From an uncultured Pseudomonadota bacterium (GTDB lineage Bacteria > Pseudomonadota > Alphaproteobacteria > JACZXZ01), in NCBI GenBank assembly GCA_963749075.1, contig CAVVLJ010000023.1, forward strand, positions 32,001-96,000: a stretch of DNA of 64,000 nucleotides, in the 5' to 3' direction. Of this stretch, positions 53,265 through 64,000 are shown piece by piece (position 1 is the stretch's first letter; every line of letters starts with the position of its first letter). The notes beneath the pieces were generated by a model. It made no database searches, had not been told where the DNA came from, and saw only the letters and a program-made list of their open reading frames with translations. The translations under genes were made by a program, and so were the position numbers.

Positions 53265-54463
53265 CGACGGTCCGTCTCAGCGTGAACGGCAAGCCGGTCG
53301 AGGCGGAGGTCGAGCCGCGTCTGCAGCTCGCCGAATTCTTGCGCGAGCATCTCCTCGAGACCGGCACTCATCTCGGCTGCGAGCACGGCATCTGCGGCGC
53401 CTGCACGGTGCTGATCGACGGCGCGCCCGCGCGCTCCTGCATCGCCTACGCGGTCGCTTGCGAGGGTGCCGAGGTCACCACCATCGAGGGGCTGGACGGC
53501 GACGCGACCATGGCGAAGCTGCGCCGCGCCTTCGCGCGCGAGCACGCGCTGCAATGCGGCTTCTGCACGCCCGGCATGCTGGCGAGCGCGCGCGACATCG
53601 TGCTGCGCCTGCCCGACGCCGATGCGCGGCGCATCCGCCTCGAGCTCGCGGGCAACCTCTGCCGCTGCACCGGCTATGTCGGCATCGTGCGCGCGATTGC
53701 GAGCGTGCTCGAGGAGAACCGCCGCGTCGGGCGCGCAACAAGCCCGGCAGCACCACGGCGCCTCGGGCCCGTCGGCGCGCGGCCGGCCGTGGCAGCGGCT
53801 CAACCGGCATCCGCGATTGCCGCGGCGGCCGCCGCGGTGCCGCAACCTTCGAGTGCCGTTGGCCGGCCGGCCGAGGCCTTCAAGCCCGCCAGAGTCATAG
53901 CACGGTCCTTCGTCCTCAAGGCGCCGCCGGAGCGCGCCTGGCCGTGCTTCAAGGAAGTGGAGCTCCTCGCCGCCTGTTTGCCGGGTGCTTCGCTGACGAG
54001 GCCCGTGCGGGATGGCCAGCTCGAGGGCCTCTTGCGCGTGCGGCTCGGGCCCATCGCCGCCGCCTTTGCCGGCAGCGGCCAGGCGAGCTGGGACGACCGC
54101 ACCTTCAGCGGCAAGCTGCGCGGCGGCGGGCGCGACCCCGCGAGCCGCTCGCAAGTCCAGGGCGAGATCGCCTTCGCGCTCGCCGCGGCCAGGGACGGCG
54201 GCACGCGCGTCGAGGTCGAGATCGGCTTCGCGCTCGCAGGTCCCCTCGCCCAGTTCGGCCGCGGCGCCATCGTCGACGACCTCGCGGCTCGTCTCACCGC
54301 GGAGTTCGCGCGCAACCTCGACGCCCGCATCGCGGCACGGCTCGGCGGCAGAGACAGCGCAGCGCCCGCCGCCGCCGCAGAGCTCCGCGCCGGCTCGCTC
54401 CTCCTCTCGGTCATATGGGCGCGCGTCAAGTCGTGGCTCAAGCGCGCGCTCGGGCGGCGCTGA
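53261..54463 (+). CDS. CoxS-like 2x[2Fe-2S] subunit fused to a CoxG/SRPBCC domain
   Basis: GCEHGICGAC, QCGFCTPG, CRCTGY; Ala/Pro linker; LAACLPGA...GPLAQFGRG. Confidence 0.88.
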   Translation: MTTVRLSVNGKPVEAEVEPRLQLAEFLREHLLETGTHLGCEHGICGACTVLIDGAPARSCIAYAVACEGAEVTTIEGLDGDATMAKLRRAFAREHALQCGFCTPGMLASARDIVLRLPDADARRIRLELAGNLCRCTGYVGIVRAIASVLEENRRVGRATSPAAPRRLGPVGARPAVAAAQPASAIAAAAAAVPQPSSAVGRPAEAFKPARVIARSFVLKAPPERAWPCFKEVELLAACLPGASLTRPVRDGQLEGLLRVRLGPIAAAFAGSGQASWDDRTFSGKLRGGGRDPASRSQVQGEIAFALAAARDGGTRVEVEIGFALAGPLAQFGRGAIVDDLAARLTAEFARNLDARIAARLGGRDSAAPAAAAELRAGSLLLSVIWARVKSWLKRALGRR

Positions 54464-54564
54464 GAGATCGCGCGTCTACGTCTGCAGATGAAGACGCCGG
54501 ATCAAATTCGCTTCCCCTCCAGAGTGCTGCAGCGCGGCCTGAAACATAGTCCTTCAAAACGGCG

Positions 54565-54586
54565 TTGACAGGTTATATACAATATG
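54565..54586 (+). promoter_or_regulatory. TTGACA -35 element followed by a GntR-like operator (GTTATATACAA)
   Basis: AT-rich patch TTGACAGGTTATATACAATATG upstream of the ABM/Liv genes. Confidence 0.45.
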
Positions 54587-54680
54587 TGAGCCTCGCCCTT
54601 GCCTTTGCCGGCACCGGCTGCGAAACTCGCATGGCCGTTGAGGGGGGAGCCGAGCGCCGGCGTCTTGTGGGGCGGAGGCC

Positions 54681-55073
54681 ATGAAGCAGGCCGCGGCGGT
54701 GCGCACATCTCCCGACCATCCGGCGAAGCTGATCGCGCGGATGTGGCGCGGCCAGACCGAGGCGAGCAAGGCCGAGGAATATGCGCGCTACCTCTACGAG
54801 GCAGGGGTGACGAAGATCGCGGCAATCCCCGGAAACCGAGGCGTCCAGATGCTGCGCCAGATCCACGACGGCGTCGCGGACTTCGCCGTGCTCTCCTACT
54901 GGGACTCGTTCGATGCCATCAAGCGCTTTGCCGGCGAGGACTATGGCAAGGTCCGTCATCTGCCAAGGGATCCCGAATACATGATCGGAGCGGAGCCGGC
55001 GGTCCGCCATTTCGAGGTCATCGTCAACGACTGGACTGAGACGGTGCCCAAATCTCGCCAAAATATAGGTTAG
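54681..55073 (+). CDS. ABM/Dabb-like small protein
   Basis: IARMWRG, IPGNRG, LSYWDSFDAIKRFAGED; RBS GGAGG. Confidence 0.7.
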   Translation: MKQAAAVRTSPDHPAKLIARMWRGQTEASKAEEYARYLYEAGVTKIAAIPGNRGVQMLRQIHDGVADFAVLSYWDSFDAIKRFAGEDYGKVRHLPRDPEYMIGAEPAVRHFEVIVNDWTETVPKSRQNIG

Positions 55074-55212
55074 ACTGAGAGCGCGCGACGGGACGCCGCA
55101 CACGACGAGCAAGAAGCGAGGCGCCCGAAGACAAGGGATGGCGTGCGCCCAGCGAGCGCAGGAGAGGCTCGCAATCGGGCGCAAATCTCGCAATGACAAC
55201 CGGGAGATGGAA

Positions 55213-56463
55213 ATGATGACGTATATAAAGAGCTGCACTGTTGCGGCGCTCGCGATCGCGGCGCTCGGGCTCATTCCCTCGGCCTATGCCAAGGAGACCA
55301 AGGGTCCTGTCACCGACGATATCGGCGTGCTGGCGATACCCAAGGGCGCGCCGATCCAGTTCGGCGCCTATTGGGTGATGTCCGGCGCCGATTCGGCACT
55401 CGGCATCGACGAGAAGCGCGGCGTCGAGATCGCCTTCAAGGATCACGGCGGCAAGCTGCTGGGCCATCCGATCAAGCTCAACGTCGAGGACGACCTGTGC
55501 AGCGCCGAGGGCGGCCAGACGGCGGCGACCAAGCTCGCGGCGAACCCCAACACCGCCATCGTGCTCGGCTCGGCCTGCTCGAGTGCCGCGACGCCGGCAG
55601 CACCCATCCTGTGGAAGGCCGGCATCACGGACATCGGCACCGCGGACACGGCACCGGCGCTGACGGCGCCCGACCGCAAGCCCGAGTATGACGGCTTCAT
55701 GCGAACCGTCTACAGCGACATCGATCAGGGAGCCGCGGACGCGAAATACGTGTACGGGACCCTGAAGGCCCGCAAGATCGTGACCATCCACGACGGCAGC
55801 CCCTACGCGCAGCAGCTCGCCACGGTTATGGCGAACAACTTCAAGAAGATGGGCGGCACGGTGCTCTCTGCCGAGGCGGTGGCGCCGACCGACGTCGACA
55901 TGCACCCGGTTTTGACGCGCATCGCGACGGAGAAGCCGGATGTCATCTATATGCCGATCTTCGTCGCTGCCGGTGCCCAGCTCTTGCGCCAGTCCAAGGA
56001 CATCCCGGGGCTCGAGAAAGTGCCGCTCATCGGCAGCTCGGGAATGATGGCCCCCGACATGATCGAGGCGGCGCGCGAGGCCATCGTGGGCTTCCGCATC
56101 ACCTACCCGGACGTCTCTCCGGCGGCCATGGGCAAGGGCTATCCGAAGCTCGTCGCGGCGTACACGAAGGACTATGGCGAGGCGCCCATCTCGGGCTACC
56201 ACCAGAATGCCTATGATGCGGCCGAGCTCGCCATGAAGGGGATCGAGAAAGTCGCCAAGACGGACGCCAGCGGCACCACCTACATCGGCCGCAAGGCGCT
56301 GCGCGACGCCCTCCTCAAGATCAAGTTCGAGGGCGTCAGCGGGCCGATTGCGTGCGACGCTTACGGCGAGTGCGCGCAGTTCAAGCCCGCGGTCTACGAA
56401 TTCACCAACGGCGACCCCAAGACGTTCAAGATCGGCGCAAACCCGAAGAAGATCTGGCCCTGA
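55213..56463 (+). CDS. Liv-type ABC substrate-binding protein
   Basis: Signal peptide; EDDLCSAEGG, HDGSPY, NAYDA, FEGVSGPI. Confidence 0.88.
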   Translation: MMTYIKSCTVAALAIAALGLIPSAYAKETKGPVTDDIGVLAIPKGAPIQFGAYWVMSGADSALGIDEKRGVEIAFKDHGGKLLGHPIKLNVEDDLCSAEGGQTAATKLAANPNTAIVLGSACSSAATPAAPILWKAGITDIGTADTAPALTAPDRKPEYDGFMRTVYSDIDQGAADAKYVYGTLKARKIVTIHDGSPYAQQLATVMANNFKKMGGTVLSAEAVAPTDVDMHPVLTRIATEKPDVIYMPIFVAAGAQLLRQSKDIPGLEKVPLIGSSGMMAPDMIEAAREAIVGFRITYPDVSPAAMGKGYPKLVAAYTKDYGEAPISGYHQNAYDAAELAMKGIEKVAKTDASGTTYIGRKALRDALLKIKFEGVSGPIACDAYGECAQFKPAVYEFTNGDPKTFKIGANPKKIWP

Positions 56464-56489
56464 TCCTCGGCCGGAATAGCCTCGACAAC

Positions 56490-56519
56490 CCGCGATGGCG
56501 CCTTGCGGCGCCATCGCGG
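56490..56519 (+). terminator. 13-bp perfect hairpin after the SBP gene (mRNA-stabilising or attenuating; no U-tract)
   Basis: CCGCGATGGCGCC-TTGC-GGCGCCATCGCGG. Confidence 0.6.
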
Positions 56520-56541
56520 CCGTCCTATTGATCGAGCGGTG

Positions 56542-57651
56542 ATGCGCCCCCGAAATCCCGAGGATGCCCGTGCGGGCCGGACCTGGGTACCGAGGTTGAG
56601 CTCGCTCGCCCGCTTCACCTTCGTCGACGTGATCCTTTGGGCGTTGCGCATCGGCGTGGTCTTCGTCGTCGTCGGCGGCACCATCGGCACCCTCTTGAAG
56701 GGCCGCTACGATGCCGCCCAGTGGTTCGACTTCCTCGTCTTCGGGCTCACCATCGGCAGCGTCTACGCGCTGGTCGCCCTCGGCTACACGATGGTCTACG
56801 GCGTCTTGCGCCTCATCAATTTCGCCCATGGCGACATCATGATGACGGGGGCGTTCGCCGGCTATTACGTGGCTTCCGAATTCGCCGAGAACGGGCTGCT
56901 CGACAGGCGTCCCGTGCTGGCGATGATCGTCATCCTGGCCGCCGGCATCGCCACCTCGACGACCATCGCCGTGCTCACCGAGCGCATCGCCTACCGCCCC
57001 TTCCGGCACGTGCGCGGCTTCGCCCCCCTCATCTGCGCGATCGGCGTGTCGTTCTTCCTCGAGCAGACCTTCCGCGGCGCCTTGGGCGCCAGCATCCGGG
57101 CGTATCCGGATCCGAAATGGCAGCACGCGATGATCAACGTCTTCGGCTTCGGCGTGCCCCGGGTCGAGGCCCTGGTGGTCGTCGCGGCGATCGTCTCGAT
57201 GATCGTGCTCTACGTCGTCGTCCAGCGCACGCGGATGGGAACGGCCATGCGGGCCGTCTCCGAGGACACCGACGCGGCGGCCATGATGGGCATCGACGTG
57301 AACAAGGTCGTGGTCTTCACCTTCGCACTCGGCGGCATCATGGCCGGCATCGCCGGCGTGTGCTACGCCTTCGTCTTCAAGCAGGTCTATTTCTTCATGG
57401 GCTTCACGCCCGGCATCAAGGCCTTTGGGGCTGCCGTCTTGGGCGGCATCGGCAGCGTTCCGGGTGCCATGCTCGGCGGCTTTTTCCTCGGTCTCGTCGA
57501 GTTGATCGGGCCCGCCCTCTTCCTCGACGGGATCGGCGTCACGGCACCCTATCAGCTGCGCGATCTCATCGCCTTCACCCTCCTCATCATGGTCCTCATC
57601 TTCCGTCCCTCCGGCATCCTCGGCGAGCGCATGGCGAAGAAGCGAGCATAG
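56542..57651 (+). CDS. LivH-like ABC permease
   Basis: GSVYALVALGYTMVYGVLRLINFAHGD, GTAMRAVS, AAVLGGIGS, FRPSGILG; start uncertain. Confidence 0.9.
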   Translation: MRPRNPEDARAGRTWVPRLSSLARFTFVDVILWALRIGVVFVVVGGTIGTLLKGRYDAAQWFDFLVFGLTIGSVYALVALGYTMVYGVLRLINFAHGDIMMTGAFAGYYVASEFAENGLLDRRPVLAMIVILAAGIATSTTIAVLTERIAYRPFRHVRGFAPLICAIGVSFFLEQTFRGALGASIRAYPDPKWQHAMINVFGFGVPRVEALVVVAAIVSMIVLYVVVQRTRMGTAMRAVSEDTDAAAMMGIDVNKVVVFTFALGGIMAGIAGVCYAFVFKQVYFFMGFTPGIKAFGAAVLGGIGSVPGAMLGGFFLGLVELIGPALFLDGIGVTAPYQLRDLIAFTLLIMVLIFRPSGILGERMAKKRA

Positions 57652-57653
57652 GC

Positions 57654-59459
57654 ATGACGGTCGCGGCGATCGGTCCCGCAGCCGGCAGCGCCCGACAGGC
57701 GCCGTCCCCGCTCAAGCGGGCGGTGACCTTGGGACTCGTCTTCGGCGCCGTCGCCGTCTATATCGCCGTCGTCGGCATCCTGCCGATGATGGACGCGCGC
57801 GCGGTCGTGGTCGGCGTGGTGTCGCTCGGCCATGCGGCGTTGCTCGCGATCGGGCTGGGTGCGGGGGTCGCCGTGGCCAAGCGCCGCGGCACCGGCAGCG
57901 TGGCGCCGCTCGCGCTCCAGAGTGCCGTCGCCGGCGCCATTGCCGGCGGCCTCCTGGCCGCCCTCGTGACGGCGATGCAGCTTTTCGACCTGCGCACGAT
58001 CTTCATCGCCCTCTCGCCGGATCTCTTCCAGACGCTGACCTTCGGGCTCGGCCTGCCGCTCGGGCCCCTCCTCCTGGCCGCTGCCGGGGCCGTGCTCGGG
58101 ATGCTCGGCGCCGCCCTCTCGCTGGCACCCGCGACCCTGCGCCGGCCCGTCCTCGTCGGCCTCGCCTTCGTCGTCTTTTTCGGGGTCTTCCAGGAACTCA
58201 TCCAGATCATGATGCAGTTCGGCGACCTCGTCGGGGCGCTGCGCGACGCGATCTACACCTGGGAGGGCCTCACGCCCGAGGGTGCGGTCGCGATCTTCGT
58301 GGTGACGGGATTCGCGGCATTCATCTGGACGAAGACGCTGCGCGGCGCGGTGCACAGGCGGACGGCGCGATTTACCCCGGCCCAGCACGCCTACGCCAAG
58401 GCCGCGAAGATCGCCGGCTGGGTGCTGCTTCTCGTGCTCTTCCCGATCGTGGCCGGCTCCTATATCGGGCAGGTCATGATGCTGGTCGGGCTCTATACCC
58501 TGATGGGCATGGGCCTCAATCTCGAGGTCGGGCTCGCCGGCCTGCTCGATCTCGGTTTCGTCGCCTTCTTCGCCGTCGGCGCCTACACGACGGCCCTTCT
58601 GACCGCCGACAGCCCCCACGCGCTCGCCAGCTACACGCTGCTGCCGAGCCTCACCTATTGGGAGGCGATGCCGATCGCCGTCCTCTTCTCGGTGATCGGC
58701 GGCGTTCTCTTCGGCATCCCCGTGCTCGGCGTGCGGGGCGATTATCTCGCCGTCGCCACCATGGGGCTCGGCGAGATCGTGCGGGTCACCGTGTCGTCGG
58801 ACATGGCGGCACCGCTCCTCGGCGGCGCCCAGGGCGTCCTGCAGATTCCCAAACCATGGATTTTCGGTTTCGAGCTGAGCGACCCGGTCGAGCTCTTCTT
58901 CGTGACCCTTGTGGCTTCGGCCGTCGCGGCCTACTGCGCTTGGCGCCTCGAGAACTCGCGGCTGGGCCGGGCCTGGATGGCGGTGCGCGACGACGAGGAC
59001 GTGGCCCAGGCGCTCGGCATCAACCTTGTCAAGGTCAAGCTCCTCGCCTACGGGCTGGGGGCCGCCTTCGCCGGGCTTTCCGGCTCGATCTTCGCGGCCA
59101 TGCTGACCTCGATCTATCCGAGCAGCTTCCAGCTCCTCATCTCGATCAACGTGCTGGCGCTGATCATCGTCGGCGGCATGGGCTCACTCCCGGGCGTCGT
59201 CCTGGGTGCCGTCGCCCTCGTCGGACTGCCGGAGCTCCTGCGCGAGTTCGGCGAGTACCGCTACCTCTTCTATGGCGCGGCGCTCATCATCATGATGCGC
59301 ATCAAGCCCGAGGGCCTGTGGCCGTCGGCGGCGCGCCGCCGCGAGCTGCGCGACGCCGCGGGCGAGGCGGCGGTCGAGGGCGGCGACGCGCCCGCCGGCG
59401 ACGATGCGACTACGGTCGGCGACACCAGCATCCCGCGCGTCGAAACCGCGGTGAGATAG
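57654..59459 (+). CDS. LivM-like ABC permease with a long N-terminal membrane extension
   Basis: GLNLEVGLAGLLDLG, RGDYLAV, SRLGRAWMAVRDDE, GGMGSLPG; 601 aa. Confidence 0.88.
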   Translation: MTVAAIGPAAGSARQAPSPLKRAVTLGLVFGAVAVYIAVVGILPMMDARAVVVGVVSLGHAALLAIGLGAGVAVAKRRGTGSVAPLALQSAVAGAIAGGLLAALVTAMQLFDLRTIFIALSPDLFQTLTFGLGLPLGPLLLAAAGAVLGMLGAALSLAPATLRRPVLVGLAFVVFFGVFQELIQIMMQFGDLVGALRDAIYTWEGLTPEGAVAIFVVTGFAAFIWTKTLRGAVHRRTARFTPAQHAYAKAAKIAGWVLLLVLFPIVAGSYIGQVMMLVGLYTLMGMGLNLEVGLAGLLDLGFVAFFAVGAYTTALLTADSPHALASYTLLPSLTYWEAMPIAVLFSVIGGVLFGIPVLGVRGDYLAVATMGLGEIVRVTVSSDMAAPLLGGAQGVLQIPKPWIFGFELSDPVELFFVTLVASAVAAYCAWRLENSRLGRAWMAVRDDEDVAQALGINLVKVKLLAYGLGAAFAGLSGSIFAAMLTSIYPSSFQLLISINVLALIIVGGMGSLPGVVLGAVALVGLPELLREFGEYRYLFYGAALIIMMRIKPEGLWPSAARRRELRDAAGEAAVEGGDAPAGDDATTVGDTSIPRVETAVR

Positions 59460-59468
59460 GGGGCCGCG

Positions 59469-60317
<849 letters not shown>

Positions 60318-60344
60318 CGGCGGCGCTGAGGGAGCGAGACAGCC

Positions 60345-61052
<708 letters not shown>

Positions 61053-61095
61053 GCGCCCGGCGAAAAACGGACTCCGATCTCGATTTTTCCCGCTA

Positions 61096-61182
61096 CCGTC
61101 ATGGCCGCGCTTGTCGCGGCCATCCACGTCGGTTTCCCATGGCTGTGAGACGTGGATGGCCGGCCTTCGCCGGCCATGACGG
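61096..61182. repeat. CGTC-tagged REP dimer
   Basis: CGTCATGGCCGCGCTTGTCGCGGCCATCCACGTC...GACGTGGATGGCCGG...GGCCATGACG between convergent genes. Confidence 0.85.
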
Positions 61183-61259
61183 CCAAGGACAAAGACAGGG
61201 GGCATACGGCAGCGGGGCGGCGTTCGCGCGTCGGTGAGCCGCCTTCGACGCGCGGCGCG

Positions 61260-62495
61260 TCACTTCTTCTCAAGGAGCGCATCCCTGACCAGCACCTTCG
61301 CGTCGTAAAGCTCCGCGATCTCGGCGTCCGAGAGGCCGAGGAGCTCGCGCAGCACCGCCTCGTTGTGCTCGCCGAGGAGAGGGGCCTTGAGGGCGCTCGG
61401 CTCGGGCCAGCGCGAGAACTTGACCGGCATGCCGGGGATGTCGAAGGCGCCGAGCTCGGGGTCCTCGACGCGGCGCACCGTGCCGCGCGCGCGCAAGTGC
61501 GGATGCGCCATCGCCTCGGCGAGCGAGAGCACCGGGGCGCAAGGCACGCGCGCGGCCTCGAGTGCCGCGATGGCGGCCTCGCGGCTGCCGAGCCGCGCGA
61601 GCCACGCCTCGATGACGGCCTTCAGCTCCTCGTTGTGGTCGCGCTTCGCGCGCGGGGAATTGAAGCGGGCGTCCTCTCTGAGCTCGGGCATGCCCATCGC
61701 CTCGACCATCTGCTGCCACTGGTGCGGCATCACCATGATGGCGAGGAACTCCCCGTCGGCGCAGCGGAAGTTGCCGTTGGGACCGCCGTCGGGATGGAGC
61801 GAGCCGGCGCGCACAGGCAGATGCGCCGCACCGCGCAGCGAGACGCGCGGCACGTTGACCTCATGCATGTGGAAATAGGTGTCGATGAGCGAGGCGTCGA
61901 TGTACTGGCCCTCCCCGGTGCGCTCGCGGTGGAGGAGGGCGAAGCCGACCGCCATCGCCGCGGCGAGGCCGGTTGCGCTGTCGCCGATCGCGGTGGTGAG
62001 CTGGGCCGGCCCGCGGTCCGCCTCGCCGATCGTGGAGGTGATGCCGGCATAGGCCGCCGCCATGTAGTCGTAGCCGGGCTTGGCGCTCAGCGGACCCTCC
62101 TGGCCGGCGAGCGAGATCGAGCACATGACGAGCGCCGGGTTGAGCGCCTTGAGCGCCTCATAGCCGAGACCGAGGCGCGCGAGCACGCCCGGCGCGAAAT
62201 TCTCCACCACCACGTCGGCGTGCGGCATCATCCTGTGGAGGAGTGCCACGCCGCGCGGCTCCTTGAGGTCGAGCGCCAAGCTCTTCTTGGAGTGGTTGTG
62301 CTGGAAGAAATAGGTGCTCTGCGAGCTCCCTTTGAGCGCCGGCTCGCGCGGCTTGAGCCCGGCCGCGCGCCCGCGGTCGCCGCCGGGTGCGAGCTCGACC
62401 TTGATGACCTCGGCCCCCATCTCGGCGAGGATGCGCGTAGCCGTGGGCCCGGCCACGAACTGGGTGATGTCGAGCACGCAGTAGCCGCTCAGCAT
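61260..62495 (-). CDS. CaiB/BaiF family III CoA-transferase
   Basis: VLDITQFVAGP, GAEVIKVE, KKSLALDLK, ENFAPG, PGYD, APLLGEH; start may be the GTG near 62533. Confidence 0.9.
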   Translation of the reverse strand: MLSGYCVLDITQFVAGPTATRILAEMGAEVIKVELAPGGDRGRAAGLKPREPALKGSSQSTYFFQHNHSKKSLALDLKEPRGVALLHRMMPHADVVVENFAPGVLARLGLGYEALKALNPALVMCSISLAGQEGPLSAKPGYDYMAAAYAGITSTIGEADRGPAQLTTAIGDSATGLAAAMAVGFALLHRERTGEGQYIDASLIDTYFHMHEVNVPRVSLRGAAHLPVRAGSLHPDGGPNGNFRCADGEFLAIMVMPHQWQQMVEAMGMPELREDARFNSPRAKRDHNEELKAVIEAWLARLGSREAAIAALEAARVPCAPVLSLAEAMAHPHLRARGTVRRVEDPELGAFDIPGMPVKFSRWPEPSALKAPLLGEHNEAVLRELLGLSDAEIAELYDAKVLVRDALLEKK

Positions 62496-62523
62496 GGCGG
62501 CCCCGCGGCCGCTCGCTTGCCGC

Positions 62524-63132
62524 TCAGGCACGTGCGAGGCCCTTCTCCTTGAGGCGCTCCTCGAGGAGCCCAAGGCGGTCGTAGCCCCAGAAGAGCTCGC
62601 CCTCGAGCACGAAGATGGGCACGCCGAAAATCCCGTCGGCTACCGACTCCTCCTGGGCGCGCTCATAGGCGGCAAGCCCCTCGCCCGCGAGATAGGTGCT
62701 AAACTCCGCTTCCTGGAGGCCGAGGCCGGCCAAGACCTCTGCGACCGCACCCGGCTGGTCGACCTCGAGCTCGCGCAGGAAGAAGCGCTTATAGACCGTG
62801 CGGCTGTAATCGACGAGGCGGCCGTGGAGATCGGCGAAGAGGCCGCCGATGAGGGCCGGCGTCGTGTCGTAGATCTTGAGCGGTCCGCGGATCCACAAGC
62901 CCCGCGGCTTGGCCCAGCGCCGCGCGTCCATGTAGGAGTATTTGACCTTGTACTCGGAATATTGGCTGCGCTGGCCCTTGCCCTTGAGGCGGAGCTGGAA
63001 GGGCATCCAACGCAGGCGTACGCGATAGCGCTCGGCAAGCTCGAAAGCGGGGTCGAAGGCCAGATAGGCGTAGGGGCTCTTGTAGTCGGAATACATCTTG
63101 AGCTCGCTCACGCCGTTTGCCGCGTCGTTCAT
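62524..63132 (-). CDS. DsbA-like / 2-hydroxychromene-2-carboxylate isomerase (GST-kappa) family protein
   Basis: DYKSPYAYL, YMDARRWA, GIFGVP, FWGYDRL. Confidence 0.85.
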   Translation of the reverse strand: MNDAANGVSELKMYSDYKSPYAYLAFDPAFELAERYRVRLRWMPFQLRLKGKGQRSQYSEYKVKYSYMDARRWAKPRGLWIRGPLKIYDTTPALIGGLFADLHGRLVDYSRTVYKRFFLRELEVDQPGAVAEVLAGLGLQEAEFSTYLAGEGLAAYERAQEESVADGIFGVPIFVLEGELFWGYDRLGLLEERLKEKGLARA

Positions 63133-63220
63133 GCCGCCTCCTCTTTCTCGCCGCGCATGCTGCACCTTCGCCGCGCCGAGAGCCCGTCAGAAATCAGGTG
63201 CTGCATGATCTCTCCGACCA

Positions 63221-63309
63221 TCGTCACACCCGCGAAAGCGGGTGTCCAGAGGTCGTGGGCGATGCGCCACCTCTGTGGTCCTGGATGCCCGCTCCCGCGG
63301 GCATGACGA
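63221..63309. repeat. CGTC-tagged REP dimer (CCCGCGAAAGCGGG type)
   Basis: CGTCACACCCGCGAAAGCGGGTGTCCAG...CTGGATGCCCGCTCCCGCGGGCATGACG. Confidence 0.8.
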
Positions 63310-63342
63310 CATCAGAAGCAATTCGCTCATTTCCGGCGAGTC

Positions 63343-64000
63343 CTAAAACTCATAGAGCCTGGCCGGGTTGTCGACGAGGATGCGCCGCCGTGCCGCCTCG
63401 TCGGCGCCCCAGGCGGCAAGGAGGCCGAGGAGCTTCCCTTCGTCGAGCGCGCGGTTCGGCAGGATGCGCGCAACGTCCGGGGTGCTGCCGTCGCGCCTGC
63501 CGGTGTGCGGCCAGTCGCTGCCCCAGACGAGGCGGTCGGGCCGTGCTGCGATGAGGGCGCGCGCGAAGGGTGCTGCCGCCGCGAAGGTCTCGTCGCTCCC
63601 GGCGATGCGGTCGGCGCCCGAGAGCTTGACCCAGGTTCTGCCTCCCCGCAGCAGTGCGAGGAGTGCCGCGAAGCCCGGCTGGGCGACGCCGGCGGCGGCA
63701 TCGGGCAGGCCCATATGGTCGATCACCACCTCGGTCGGCAGGGTGGCCAGCGTCTCCGCGAGCACCGCGATGAGGTCCGGCTCGAGGAAGAGCTGGAGAT
63801 GCCAGCCGAGCGGTGCCACGCGCTCGGCCATACGGCAGATCAGAGCCCGTGCCTCGGCGGCAGCGGTCCCGCCGTGCGTCGCAAGATTGACCCGGATGCC
63901 GCGCACGCCGGTGCGCCCGAGGGCCGCGAGCTCGGCGCGCGGTGTCTCGGGGTCCACGACCACGACCGCGCGGCCGGCGGCACCGAGGCGGGCGAGCGCC
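63343..64000 (-). CDS. Amidohydrolase 2 family (PDC lactonase-like), 5' partial
   Basis: GVRGIRVN, VIDHMG, WVKLSG, WGSDWPH, ILVDNPARLY. Confidence 0.85.
   Translation of the reverse strand, partial: ALARLGAAGRAVVVVDPETPRAELAALGRTGVRGIRVNLATHGGTAAAEARALICRMAERVAPLGWHLQLFLEPDLIAVLAETLATLPTEVVIDHMGLPDAAAGVAQPGFAALLALLRGGRTWVKLSGADRIAGSDETFAAAAPFARALIAARPDRLVWGSDWPHTGRRDGSTPDVARILPNRALDEGKLLGLLAAWGADEAARRRILVDNPARLYEF

Noticed and set aside
50080-54463. Aerobic CO dehydrogenase (coxLMS)
   Set aside because: The active-site loop is PYRGVAR, not form I AYXCSFR; the order is L-M-S and there are no coxDEF genes

Overview
High-GC, alphaproteobacterial-type chromosomal window. The assignment rests on the degP-rarA-rluC...HAD-ATP12-pccB gene order, alpha-type palindromic repeats and a GAAC-N7-GAAC LexA box. 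Main contents: (i) a LysR/pirin/YcaC/amidohydrolase/VOC/porin/MFS block sitting between rluC and the HAD gene; (ii) a repeat-flanked GIY-YIG nuclease gene; (iii) a large coenzyme F420 region with fbiC, an fgd-cofE-cofD-cofC-gnd-pgl operon and three other luciferase-like (LLM) oxidoreductases, two of them beside ABC transporters; (iv) a ~3 kb lower-GC island (about 38.4-41.2 kb) with an IS5-family element that truncates an N4-cytosine-type DNA methyltransferase, plus a divergent two-gene operon (77-aa unknown protein + dCTP deaminase) behind a sigma70-like promoter overlapped by a LexA box, the most novel-looking item; (v) pxpABC, an internally deleted GntR, a molybdenum hydroxylase, a Liv-type ABC system and CaiB/DsbA/amidohydrolase genes. 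Several single-base lesions fall at GACGTC/ACGT-like sites and may be sequencing artefacts. No rRNA, tRNA or CRISPR array was recognised. All calls come from motif recognition by eye; no searches were run.
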